Shown: one piece after another, positions 1-9,040 of the stretch
Layout: every line of letters begins with the position of its first letter
How positions within the stretch are numbered: position 1 is the first letter of the stretch
Source: Candidatus Saccharimonadales bacterium
GTDB lineage: Bacteria > Patescibacteriota > Saccharimonadia > Saccharimonadales > DATKHC01
DNA: 64,000 nucleotides
Assembly: GCA_038317055.1 (NCBI GenBank)
Contig: JBBQBA010000002.1
Coordinates: 182,967 to 246,966, forward strand
Direction of reading: 5' to 3'
Translations under genes and position numbers: made by a program
Notes under the pieces: generated by a model
Databases searched by the model: none
What the model saw: the letters and a program-made list of their open reading frames with translations, nothing else
What the model was told of the DNA's origin: nothing

Positions 1-272
1 TCAAAAGTTTCAGAGCTGACCCTGTCATATTCTGGGATACCATTCTCAACTAGTAAATTACCAACAAATATTTGTTGTATATCTGGTTCTGCCTCAAGTG
101 GAGTTAGACCAGTAAGTTCATGTACTACTTCTCTAGTTAAAATATCATGGTAAGATCTCGGATTACGATCTGCTCGCTCTCGTGTGTGTCTTTCAAATTC
201 ACTCGCAGCAAATTCCGCAGTTGCATCCATAAAACGTATATTTTCTGTAACATTTGTTTGTAGCGAGGACAT
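1..272 (-). CDS. Hypothetical protein; 5' partial ORF that runs off the window edge, divergent from the sigma factor gene
   Basis: Manual translation of the minus strand from ATG at 272..270 gives MSSLQTNVTENIRFMDATAEFAASEFERHTRERADRNPRSYHDILTREVVHELTGLTPLEAEPDIQQIFVGNLLVENGIPEYDRVSSETF with no stop before position 1. It is absent from the ORF track because it is truncated by the window edge. Confidence 0.35.
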   Translation of the reverse strand, partial: MSSLQTNVTENIRFMDATAEFAASEFERHTRERADRNPRSYHDILTREVVHELTGLTPLEAEPDIQQIFVGNLLVENGIPEYDRVSSETF

Positions 273-424
273 TATTGGTATTATAAAGATATTTATTATC
301 TAAGTCTAACTCTTTTAGTTTTGAAGATATTATATTAAATCTATTTTAAATATTTTAATGCTTATGCTTGAGTATTTTAAGATCAATCAGCATAATAAAT
401 ATATCGAAAAGGAGTATTTTATAT

Positions 425-2011
425 ATGGTAAGTATCAGTGAAAACCCTTTTTTATTTGAATCTATTGAGGATAAAGAAGATCTAAATATCGATCTTTCAA
501 CTAGGGAAGTAGTAAGCCAGGAATTAGTTGCTGTAGTAGGCGTTGTCGCTGTTGGAGTAGATAATATATCTAATTCATCACATAATCACGTAATTAATAA
601 TAGATTAAAAGTAAGTAGAATTATGAAAGGTTCTGAAGGAATAGATTCATTAAGATTTTATCTTAACGACATAGGGGAATACCCCCTTCCAACCAAAGAA
701 GATAATAACTCTTTTGCGTTTGCAATGAGGCTTGGTCTCGCTGCTAAAACTGAACTTGAATCTTTATCTCTACGAACCTCCGATAAAAAAAGAGAAGCTT
801 TAGAAATGCAAGTTCTACTAGGTGAAGAAAATAGAGATTTATTTATTAAATCTAATTTAAGACTAGTGGTGTCTTGGGCACAAAAATATTTTAGCAAAGG
901 CAAATCTTTAGAACTCTTGGATTTAATACAGGAAGGTTATTTTGGATTAGAAAAAGCTGTTGATAAATTTGATCCTGACAAGGGTTTCGCATTTAGTACA
1001 TATGCTTCTTGGTGGATTAGACAGTCTTTAGAACGCGGAATAGATAATTCTGGGTATATTATAAGAATTCCTGGTGAACGTTCTAGGCTTGTTTATGCAG
1101 TCGAACAAATTGAATTCAGATTAGAAGATTCTGGTTTAACAACTCAGAGCTTAACAGAAATCGATGAGTATATAGCTGCAGAACTTTCAGACGATATAAA
1201 TCTGGTAACAATACAAGACGTTAAAGATCTAAGAGCAGATAAAGTTACTCAACGTACTATTTCGTCAAATAAAAATTTTACAGGAATAGATGATTCAGCC
1301 GAACTACAAGATACTATTAGCGATTTTTCTAGTGATCAAGAATATACGGAAATAGAATCTAAACTAGATATGGAAAACTTACTTGCAGAATGGAGAACGC
1401 TACTAGATAAGGACGAGTATCTTCTACTAACAAGAAGGATGGGATTAAAAGAAGAAGATGTTATATCTCCATCAAATGACTTATTGGAAAAACTTCTCCT
1501 TAGAACACAATCAAACCGAAATACCCTAACAAGAGCAATTATGAAAGTCGAAAGAAATCCTGTTTTCAAAGAACTTATTAAACAATGTTATTTATTTGAT
1601 GACGAACAAACTTATTTCGATGTATATTTTATGGGTAGGTACCCGACATTTACTGATCTTACTGAATTAATAGGAAGTAAAAATAAAAAAGACGTAAATG
1701 AATATTATGATAAAGTAGCGACTCATGTGATTGGAATATTACACGACCGGTTTGGAAGTGATCAAATAGAATTAGCTGTAAGAAAAGTTTATGAAGAAAA
1801 TCACAATAGTCCAAGTACGAAAAGAGTAAGAACACCTGACATGCTGTTAAATATTATGTTAAATCGTTTTGGTTTACCGAATAATTTAGGAGATATATCA
1901 TTGTTAAATATTAGAAGTGCCGTGAACGATACTAGATATGCTGGCTATGTAGAAACGAAAGTATTATCACTTTTACTTAATCTTAAAGATGATTATTTAA
2001 TTGGGCGATAA
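425..2011 (+). CDS. Sigma-70 family RNA polymerase sigma factor (RpoD-like) with a divergent region 4 and a C-terminal extension
   Basis: Region 1.2-like DSLRFYLNDIGEYPLP. Region 2 LDLIQEGYFGLEKAVDKFDPDKGFAFSTYASWWIRQ and region 3 IRIPGERSRLVYAVEQ are present. AAGGAG at 409-414 lies 10 nt before ATG 425, so the ORF-track start at 368 is probably too early. About 150 aa follow the last recognisable sigma region. Confidence 0.8.
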   Translation: MVSISENPFLFESIEDKEDLNIDLSTREVVSQELVAVVGVVAVGVDNISNSSHNHVINNRLKVSRIMKGSEGIDSLRFYLNDIGEYPLPTKEDNNSFAFAMRLGLAAKTELESLSLRTSDKKREALEMQVLLGEENRDLFIKSNLRLVVSWAQKYFSKGKSLELLDLIQEGYFGLEKAVDKFDPDKGFAFSTYASWWIRQSLERGIDNSGYIIRIPGERSRLVYAVEQIEFRLEDSGLTTQSLTEIDEYIAAELSDDINLVTIQDVKDLRADKVTQRTISSNKNFTGIDDSAELQDTISDFSSDQEYTEIESKLDMENLLAEWRTLLDKDEYLLLTRRMGLKEEDVISPSNDLLEKLLLRTQSNRNTLTRAIMKVERNPVFKELIKQCYLFDDEQTYFDVYFMGRYPTFTDLTELIGSKNKKDVNEYYDKVATHVIGILHDRFGSDQIELAVRKVYEENHNSPSTKRVRTPDMLLNIMLNRFGLPNNLGDISLLNIRSAVNDTRYAGYVETKVLSLLLNLKDDYLIGR

Positions 2012-2995
2012 ATAATATAATAATTTTCCATTACTTCCATCATGAGTAATTGTATTTGCTTCCATCTCACCATTTCCAGTAGTCTTATCAATATTTGCTG
2101 AATTACCATAAATGAAAGTAGGTTTAGAGCCACCACTAATAACTATCTCAACATGGCCACCATTATAGTCAAAATATCCTACATCACCTGGCTTAGCTAT
2201 GTAATTATCGGTAGCTAAATGTTTTGTAAATCCCATATACTGAATATTATTGGCATCGTTTTCGTCCCAGCCATTTGATTCACCTTTAATAAATGGGTAT
2301 CCTGATTGTTTATATATATAGCTAACAAAATCAGCACACCATTCTTCGTATGAGGCTCCATTAGTGTAGGTATTAAGTAAATTCTCATGACTAGAGTTTG
2401 TTGATTTCCAAGCAATCCATTGTTTAGCTGTGTTACATGCTATAACATTACCCTTTGAACCTGAACATTGATCATTTTTAAACGAACTAGTCGGATTCCA
2501 TCCAGCTTGTGCTGTAGTGAGATAATTGCAAGAACCCAACGATAATTGGGATTCTAATTTTGTCTTATTGGACAATAAACAAAGTTGAGTATAAGGATTA
2601 AAGTATCCTCCATTTTTAAGTAGCCATACCTGTTCAGGAAGATTATTGCAAGTTGATAGAACTGCCTTCAGATTGTTGTCGTTTACTGTTAAACAATACT
2701 TTGAGTCGTGAACTATATTGAATTCATTTATATTCCAAACTTGTGCGGAGGAATCATTACATTTCCAGTTATATACCTCAGTATTATTTGCTGTTTTATC
2801 ATTATGTACGTCCATACAGTAACCATTAATACCAGACCTAATACTCGGTCCGTCTGCAGCTGCATGATTTCCAACAAATCGAACTATAGACACAGTGCTT
2901 ATTATTAAAAGTAAAATTATAATGAAAGTACTGTGCGTAAAACCAGACTGACCTAAATTTAATAAACGTTTTCTGTAAAAGTATCTTTTAATCAT
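1997..2995 (-). CDS. Secreted or membrane-anchored ricin-B lectin + CHAP domain protein (putative peptidoglycan amidase/endopeptidase)
   Basis: N-terminal TM segment FTHSTFIIILLLIISTV. QxW lectin motifs AQVWNI, EQVWLL and AQAGWNP. C-terminal CHAP signature with Cys in EEWCADFVSYIY and His in NGGHVEIVIS. Confidence 0.65.
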   Translation of the reverse strand: MIKRYFYRKRLLNLGQSGFTHSTFIIILLLIISTVSIVRFVGNHAAADGPSIRSGINGYCMDVHNDKTANNTEVYNWKCNDSSAQVWNINEFNIVHDSKYCLTVNDNNLKAVLSTCNNLPEQVWLLKNGGYFNPYTQLCLLSNKTKLESQLSLGSCNYLTTAQAGWNPTSSFKNDQCSGSKGNVIACNTAKQWIAWKSTNSSHENLLNTYTNGASYEEWCADFVSYIYKQSGYPFIKGESNGWDENDANNIQYMGFTKHLATDNYIAKPGDVGYFDYNGGHVEIVISGGSKPTFIYGNSANIDKTTGNGEMEANTITHDGSNGKLLYYLSPN

Positions 2996-3064
2996 TTTTG
3001 TTTTTGGTGTGATCGGTTACTATTTTCTCTAAATATGTAACAGTTGTCAATAAGAAGTTAGTGC

Positions 3065-3388
3065 TTAGTAATCAGAGTCTAATTTTTTCTCAGTCCTCTT
3101 ATCTTTACGTTCTATCATTTTTGAGCCACGTCGCTTCATAGTAGAGCTAATGAAAGTAGTTAAAATGCCGACTCCTACAAATATATAAAAGGTAGTAAAT
3201 ATTTTTGCGAATGGTGTAGTTGGTACAAGGTTACCATATCCAACTGTAGTTAGAGTAGTTACGCTAAAAAAGTATGAATTTAACCAAGACCATTTCTCTA
3301 CAATATGATACACCACAGTACCAAGTGTTAATGTGGCTACTGTAAGAGCTAGAATGATTCTATATAAATGTTTATCAAATGTTTCCAT
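3065..3388 (-). CDS. Minimal two-TM potassium channel (KcsA/Kcv-like), 107 aa
   Basis: Selectivity filter TLTTVGYGNLVP flanked by two hydrophobic helices, followed by a basic C-terminal tail. Confidence 0.75.
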   Translation of the reverse strand: METFDKHLYRIILALTVATLTLGTVVYHIVEKWSWLNSYFFSVTTLTTVGYGNLVPTTPFAKIFTTFYIFVGVGILTTFISSTMKRRGSKMIERKDKRTEKKLDSDY

Positions 3389-3478
3389 TATTAGTGATTA
3401 TTTCATTCATTAAGTTAATATTCAAATAATTAGCCATTTATCATCTTAATTTAATTAAATCCAAAACTGCAGTTAGGG

Positions 3479-3547
3479 TTGACAAATACTCATTATAGGT
3501 CAATAGTACAACTTATATAATAAATTTGTGTTTAGAGGAGAGATATT
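3479..3547 (+). promoter_or_regulatory. Putative sigma-70 promoter and RBS for the 3548 gene
   Basis: TTGACA at 3479-3484 has a 17-nt spacer to AATAGT. TATATAAT follows at about 3523-3531. AGGAG lies 8 nt before ATG 3548. Confidence 0.3.
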
Positions 3548-4630
3548 ATGGCTAATAACAAGGCCAGTACTAAAGAAACCGTTCTCTTGAAACAAGAAAT
3601 AGCTAATTTAAAGATAAAGAACGCTAAATTGGAAGAAGTATCGAAAAAATCAAATAAGACCACTAAACCAGTTAAACGACATGGTCGTAAAATTTTAATT
3701 GGTGTTTTTGCTGCACTTGCAACACTGCTCCTAGTATTTGGAAATATATTCTTTTGGACTGGAAGAACATTAGTTGACACTAATCGTTATGTTTCAACAG
3801 TAGGACCTCTAATAAAGCAACCACCTATTCAGTCAGCAATTGCTCAATATACAACCGACCAAGTATTTAATAATTTTGATGTTCAAGGTTATATTAAAAG
3901 TATTTTACCTCCTAAAGCAGGTATATTAGCACCAGAGTTAACATCACAAGTAAAGAATTATACTCAAACCACAATTAAGTCTCTTCTTAACAATTCTAAA
4001 GTTCAGAGTTTTTGGTATAGTTCTCTAACAAAAAGACATACTGCACTAATTAGCTTTTCAAAATCTTATACAGGTAACGGAACTATTGATGTCAGTGATA
4101 TATATGGCCAATTAAGTAAACGACTTAGTACGACTCAGCTTTCGTTCTTAGCTAACAAACAACTTCCAGACAAAGTTGGATCAATTAAAATTACTACCGT
4201 AGGCTGGCTACCAGCATTTCATAAACTAGTTACTAATATTGATCTATATCAGTTTATAACAACCAGTCTATTTATCATTACATCTGGACTAGCTATCTTC
4301 TTATCATCAAGACGTTTGAGAATGGTAGTAAAGTTAGGGCTTGTGTATGCATTCTTTATGCTAATTACTGTTTTGGCAGTAAAAATTATGCGAGGCGTGT
4401 TCGTGTCTAACATTCACCAGACCTATCAAGCAGCAGCCCAAGCAGCATATGACACTATACTTAAGTCCTTTGTGTCTCAAACATATAGTATATTGATAAT
4501 TAGCTTACTAGTGTCCTTAGCAGCTGGAATTACAGACAAGTTCAATTTAATCAATAAAGCAAAACCTCAATTATTAAAACTTCGACAAAAAATCGCACCA
4601 AAGAATTCAAAAGCAATTATTAAGAAATAG
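3548..4630 (+). CDS. Hypothetical membrane protein with N-terminal coiled coil
   Basis: The N-terminus is Lys-rich and has a heptad pattern (KQEIANLKIKNAKLEEV). TM segments are ILIGVFAALATLLLVFGNIFFW and a C-terminal group. No recognisable catalytic motif. Confidence 0.55.
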   Translation: MANNKASTKETVLLKQEIANLKIKNAKLEEVSKKSNKTTKPVKRHGRKILIGVFAALATLLLVFGNIFFWTGRTLVDTNRYVSTVGPLIKQPPIQSAIAQYTTDQVFNNFDVQGYIKSILPPKAGILAPELTSQVKNYTQTTIKSLLNNSKVQSFWYSSLTKRHTALISFSKSYTGNGTIDVSDIYGQLSKRLSTTQLSFLANKQLPDKVGSIKITTVGWLPAFHKLVTNIDLYQFITTSLFIITSGLAIFLSSRRLRMVVKLGLVYAFFMLITVLAVKIMRGVFVSNIHQTYQAAAQAAYDTILKSFVSQTYSILIISLLVSLAAGITDKFNLINKAKPQLLKLRQKIAPKNSKAIIKK

Positions 4631-4635
4631 TCTTA

Positions 4636-5169
4636 TTAGTTTAAAAGTTTTTTTGTAGATATAATACTGTTCCAATTTCTAGAAGTAGCTTTTATTTTAA
4701 GTTTATTTTCGAAAAGGGTGTTAGTGATTTTCGATCTACCATATCCATTAGCAGCGTATACATAGATACAATCATTAATTTGAACCCATTTATCATCACC
4801 ACCAATATCTGTAGCTATCATACTTATAAGTTTTTCGTCAGGTATTTCATCTAAAAATGTTACATATATTTTTTTGCTATCTAATTTTGGCATGAATGGG
4901 TTTTGTTTAATGTCGATTCTAAACTGATTCTCAGTCTTAATTATTGCCGTAATTTGATAACTGTATGCATTTTTAATTATATTTTCTATTTGTAGTTTAA
5001 CTTGTTTTATATTATTAATATTTGACTCAAAAACCAGGTTACCGGTGTGTACATAGTAACTAATATTCTTTAAACCAATCTGCTCAAGATAGTTTACTAG
5101 ATCTTTCATGTTTATCTTGTTTTTACCAGCTACATTTATAGCCCTCAATAGACACACATATCTATTCAT
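4636..5169 (-). CDS. DUF1697 family protein
   Basis: N-terminus LLRAINVAGKNKINMKDLVNYLEQIGL matches the DUF1697 hallmark (LLRGINVGGKNK...). Confidence 0.55.
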   Translation of the reverse strand: MNRYVCLLRAINVAGKNKINMKDLVNYLEQIGLKNISYYVHTGNLVFESNINNIKQVKLQIENIIKNAYSYQITAIIKTENQFRIDIKQNPFMPKLDSKKIYVTFLDEIPDEKLISMIATDIGGDDKWVQINDCIYVYAANGYGRSKITNTLFENKLKIKATSRNWNSIISTKKLLN

Positions 5170-5200
5170 ATGTTTTGATTATATCAGTACTAAAAATATA

Positions 5201-7093
5201 TTAGATTGAATTACGATGTCTTCGTGCAACGATTTGAGCACCTATGAGTGAAGCTAGAGCTAAAGTAACAATTGAGATTTCTATCATATTGTTTTTTGAT
5301 GTACTCTTTATCGATGAGGGAACAGTGATAAGATCATTTCCTACATTTGACAGATGAGAGTGATTAATAAATGATGCAAGGTTTACTGAGCTTGAGCCAG
5401 AAGATCCGGGTTGAGTACTATTAGAAGTATTTACGAATGAAGTTTTAACATTTGAACTAGTCTTAGGTAAATAATTCATAATTGGGTTAGCAGGATTAGT
5501 TGAGCTGAGCGTATTACTAGGGTCTCCAGTAGTACTTGCGCTGTTTGCAAAGTCAAGAGCTGATCCTAAACTACCGTTCCATTGTCCATATACATTAATA
5601 AACAGTATACCGAACCATCCTGAAAGATTTAGGTTGCTATTAGTTAAGTTAGCTAGACTTACATCAGTGGTTGCATTTCCGGATGTAGCATTTCCTGCAG
5701 TTGTATTGTTTGTTACCGCTGCATCACCACTTTTTGCGTTAACTTTTATATTATTATTTATCGTATCTAAAGTTGTGTTATTTAGTGTTGCAGTATTAGA
5801 GAGGTTATTTGTAACATTTTGATTGACGCCACTAGCCAATAATGCCGAAGTACTTCCCGATGGTGCGTTCATTATTAGTCCTACCCATTTACCAAGAACA
5901 TTTACAAACACTAGCAGACTATTTGCTGCTACGACTTGTTTACCGGTTAGGTTTAGTAAAGTTACATTAGTGTTAGCAGCGCCAGTTGTAGCGCTACCTG
6001 CGGTCGTGTTGTTGCCGACTGCAGCAGTACCTGATTGCGCATTTGAAAGGATATTGTTATTAATTGCTGTTGTATCAGTGTTATTCGCTATAAGACTATT
6101 ACTTATATTCGTAGAGTTCGTATTATTTGAGCCAACATTAGTATTAAGAATTTCGGGTAATAATATATTTCCAGTTAAGTCTCCATAAATATTTATTTCA
6201 CCGATAAATGATTGGCTAGAATTAATTGCTGAATTAATCAAGTTTACTACGTCCGCTACAGCTGTAGCTGAACCTGTTGTAGCGTTACCCCCAGTTGTAT
6301 TAGAATCTACGTTTGCATTCCCACTCTGAGCGTTTAAGACAATATTGTTATTAAGTGTGTTGTTATTACCATTATTTATAGTGATATTGTTAGCTACAGT
6401 GTTATTTACATTATTTAATGAGCTAGGGTTTATTAATAAATCGCCATTAACACTACCATTTAGATTAGCAACGAAAGTAGATAAACCAGATCCATTAAGA
6501 CCACTTGAGGACTGTAAAAGGTTGATTACACCAGCGGTTGATTGAGCATTACCGGTTGTTGCATTGCCCGCGGTAGTATTACCGGTCACAGATGAATTAC
6601 CAGTTGTTGCATTTGAATTAATGCCATTATTTACTGTAGCGTTATTATAACCACTAAAGAATCCGTCATTTGTAACTTGGCCTGTACCAGTTGAACTTGA
6701 GCTTGGTCCAGCCGCAGGGACCACTGCTTGGGTTGAGGGAACTATAATTTTAGGTTTAATTGAACTTTTCAACACATAGGTGTTAGTGTCAGGGTTATAT
6801 ACGTATAAGTTTGAATCCCATCTGCCTGTAAGATTGTTATATGAATAATCTCCCGGAGAAACTGGTGAAGTGATTCCGGTCTTTGGATTCCAAGTATATA
6901 ATCCATTCACCCAGTTACCTGTGGCTACGTCAAAAGTATATGAAGGGTCTGGAGGTGTAGTAGCAGCTTTAGAAGTGTTATTGCTAGGTTGTGGTGCAGC
7001 AAATGCAGGTACTGCAGTAGATCCAAACATTGTAAGCATAATAAGAACTAAAAGGCTTTGTTTAAAAACTCGGAATATTTTAACGTTTTTCAA
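5201..7093 (-). CDS. Secreted N/S/T-rich repeat surface protein with C-terminal TM anchor (paralogue of the 9041..10702 gene)
   Basis: TTG start at 7093 with GGAGGG 7 nt upstream. Signal peptide MKNVKIFRVFKQSLLVLIMLTMFGSTAVPAFA. Four repeat units carry an NTTAGNATTG/SGNA core. Blocks INIYGDLTGNILLP, LLVFVNVLGKWVGLIMNAPSGS and LSGWFGILFINVYGQWNGSLG follow the repeat cores in the same order as in the 9041 gene. C-terminal TM plus ARRHRNSI tail. Confidence 0.7.
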   Translation of the reverse strand: MKNVKIFRVFKQSLLVLIMLTMFGSTAVPAFAAPQPSNNTSKAATTPPDPSYTFDVATGNWVNGLYTWNPKTGITSPVSPGDYSYNNLTGRWDSNLYVYNPDTNTYVLKSSIKPKIIVPSTQAVVPAAGPSSSSTGTGQVTNDGFFSGYNNATVNNGINSNATTGNSSVTGNTTAGNATTGNAQSTAGVINLLQSSSGLNGSGLSTFVANLNGSVNGDLLINPSSLNNVNNTVANNITINNGNNNTLNNNIVLNAQSGNANVDSNTTGGNATTGSATAVADVVNLINSAINSSQSFIGEINIYGDLTGNILLPEILNTNVGSNNTNSTNISNSLIANNTDTTAINNNILSNAQSGTAAVGNNTTAGSATTGAANTNVTLLNLTGKQVVAANSLLVFVNVLGKWVGLIMNAPSGSTSALLASGVNQNVTNNLSNTATLNNTTLDTINNNIKVNAKSGDAAVTNNTTAGNATSGNATTDVSLANLTNSNLNLSGWFGILFINVYGQWNGSLGSALDFANSASTTGDPSNTLSSTNPANPIMNYLPKTSSNVKTSFVNTSNSTQPGSSGSSSVNLASFINHSHLSNVGNDLITVPSSIKSTSKNNMIEISIVTLALASLIGAQIVARRHRNSI

Positions 7094-7135
7094 GATAACC
7101 CTCCTAGGTCTTAGTTGTTTATATTGGTTTTCGAG

Positions 7136-7162
7136 GGCCCTGTTAGGCGAACCTTTAGGGCC
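7136..7162. promoter_or_regulatory. GC-rich hairpin (GGCCCT-15 nt-AGGGCC) between repeat-protein genes
   Basis: A 6-bp G/C stem in an otherwise AT-rich spacer. It lies about 45 nt upstream of the TTG start of the 5201..7093 gene and downstream of the 7206..7805 stop. No U-run follows on either strand. Confidence 0.3.
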
Positions 7163-7205
7163 ACTCGTTTAACCATTTACTTACTTAACTATTAACTAAT
7201 AAATA

Positions 7206-7805
7206 TTAGTTAGTAACAGTGTAAGTTACTGAAGTATTGCTAGAGTTTGTTGCATTACCGCTAGTAGCTGAGCCACCAGTTGTATTTTCTGAAACACTTG
7301 CATTTCCAGTTGAAGCGTTCTGACTATTGCTAGTATTAACGTTCAAGTTATTGTTGTTATTAACTTCTACTTTGTTGCTAACTTTTGTAATAACTTTGTT
7401 TGTTGATTCTGGACCAGTTTCAGTTATTGAACCTGCACCGGAACTTGTTGGGTCACTGCTCATTGACCATCCACCTGAACCTGCACCTGAGTTGTCAACT
7501 GAGATAACTGCAGAAGTGCTGCTGTTATTAGTTGCTGCACCAGTAGTAGCACCGCCACCAGTAGTGTTTTCGTGACTAGAAGCGTTTCCAGTTGAAGCCC
7601 ACTGTGGGTTTGTACTATTGAAGTTTAGGTTGTTATTATTATTTGTTCTCCAACAAGAACTGCTGTGAAAGACAACTACGTTGTGAGACTCAGGTCCTGT
7701 GTTAGTTATTGTTGATGATCCGGTAGCTCCAACAACTCCACCAGTCATGCCTGCGACTAGGCCTAGTGATGTTACTAGAGATGCCCCTGTTTTGAGTAAG
7801 TTCAT
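7206..7805 (-). CDS. Secreted N/S/T-rich repeat protein (short paralogue)
   Basis: Signal peptide MNLLKTGASLVTSLGLVAGMTGGVVGATG. Two copies of N..N.STGNAS..ENTTGG.AT.G.ATN.S.TS. RBS AGGAGG upstream. Confidence 0.6.
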   Translation of the reverse strand: MNLLKTGASLVTSLGLVAGMTGGVVGATGSSTITNTGPESHNVVVFHSSSCWRTNNNNNLNFNSTNPQWASTGNASSHENTTGGGATTGAATNNSSTSAVISVDNSGAGSGGWSMSSDPTSSGAGSITETGPESTNKVITKVSNKVEVNNNNNLNVNTSNSQNASTGNASVSENTTGGSATSGNATNSSNTSVTYTVTN

Positions 7806-7836
7806 ACATACCCTCCTAATTATTTAAATATTGATT

Positions 7837-7852
7837 TTGGGCGATCGCCCAA
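7837..7852. promoter_or_regulatory. Perfect 16-bp palindrome TTGGGCGATCGCCCAA upstream of the 7206..7805 gene
   Basis: Read directly from the sequence. It lies about 30 nt upstream of the AGGAGG RBS of the 7206..7805 gene and just downstream of the 7903..8388 stop. Confidence 0.4.
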
Positions 7853-7902
7853 TATCATAAAACCTAGCAAGATTTAATGATATTGACTGACCGATTATTT
7901 GC

Positions 7903-8388
7903 CTAGTTGTTAACCTCCTCAGTGCTCGACTGGGTATTAATATGCAAGCTTTGGGTTGAGGTACCATGTGAAGTAGTTGAAGATGACTGTGAATTATCAA
8001 TAGATATATTTACGTGAGATCCATTACCACCATCAACGCTTTTAGATACGGAACCATTTTCAGGTACCGGTATTTGTTGACCGTTAACAGTTACATTTGT
8101 AGTAGTTGATGCTGAGGCTGATGATCCAGATGGGTCTGGTATTGTAGTCTGACTAATATCAGGGATTACATTCTTATTTATACTTACTAGACCTGGGAAG
8201 GATCCATCGTATAATGATGAGGTAGCTGTGTTGTCTTTTATGACTTCACCACTGCGACCAATTCCAATCAGATAAATAAATGATAAGAACATAATGACGA
8301 TCAATGAGATTATAATTGCAATATTTCTAGAAAAGGGAGAATACTCATTCAAACTTTTCATTGCCAACCCTATACTGTTTATGTTCAT
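7903..8388 (-). CDS. Membrane-anchored Ser/Thr-rich protein
   Basis: N-terminal TM IAIIISLIVIMFLSFIYLIGI followed by a low-complexity S/T/N-rich ectodomain. First gene of the co-directional repeat-protein trio. Confidence 0.5.
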   Translation of the reverse strand: MNINSIGLAMKSLNEYSPFSRNIAIIISLIVIMFLSFIYLIGIGRSGEVIKDNTATSSLYDGSFPGLVSINKNVIPDISQTTIPDPSGSSASASTTTNVTVNGQQIPVPENGSVSKSVDGGNGSHVNISIDNSQSSSTTSHGTSTQSLHINTQSSTEEVNN

Positions 8389-9040
8389 TTGACCCTCCTC
8401 ACGAAATTAACTTTTCACGCTCAAATCCCATATTACATTATATGGATATAAACGCAAATATATGTAAGAATTATTGCAATTTTCTTAACATTAAATAACA
8501 GATTATGCTCTTGAGATAATGAATGATGTCAATATTACTTAATATTATTAACTAAACATAAGCATTTTGAATGAACAAACAACAAACTTGTTTCACGCTT
8601 TTGTTTATAAAATTGGTAATTTAAAGCATAATCACTTTTATTTAAAATACCTAGATAGCAGGTTATGTTGCCTGACTTTTTTTAAAATAATTAAAATATT
8701 AATATTTTTGTTCTGCAAAAATTAATAACTTTTTGTTTACTTTTGATTTATGGATAATTAATTATAAATTACTCAATATACAATTTTTAAATTATTACAA
8801 CGTTCAGATATTAACAACGATACAGACGTGAAAATGCTTGATATTTAATCCAATGGAGCTAGTAAAAATAAACTCGATTATATTGATATTGAACACTAAA
8901 TTTATAGTCATAAATTTATTACATAATTAGCCTTGACTTACAAATTAGGGGTTATACAGTAAGGGTATTAATAGGGGTTACGTATCTGTTAATTTAGCTA
9001 TAAAAATCATGACTAAATTACAAGAAGAAAACATTTAATT

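Noticed and set aside
2215-2908. Small ORFs 2215..2415 (minus, other frame) and 2708..2908 (plus) inside the CHAP/ricin gene
   Set aside because: They are internal or antisense shadows of a well-supported 332-aa ORF.
3532-3780. Minus-strand ORF overlapping the 5' end of the 3548..4630 gene
   Set aside because: It is antisense to a gene that has a good RBS and promoter. It has no RBS of its own.
5634-7172. Plus-strand ORFs 5634..5822, 5823..6188, 6345..6545 and 6870..7172
   Set aside because: They are antisense shadows inside the 5201..7093 repeat-protein gene. Their composition is low-complexity hydrophobic, typical of reverse-frame reading of N/S/T-rich codons.
8389-9040. Possible promoters or terminators in the 650-bp AT-rich divergent spacer, for example TTGACT at 8933..8938 and a CAGG..CCTG hairpin plus T-run near 8660
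   Set aside because: In sequence that is more than 75% AT, such hexamer matches and 4-bp stems are expected by chance. They are not reported as features.
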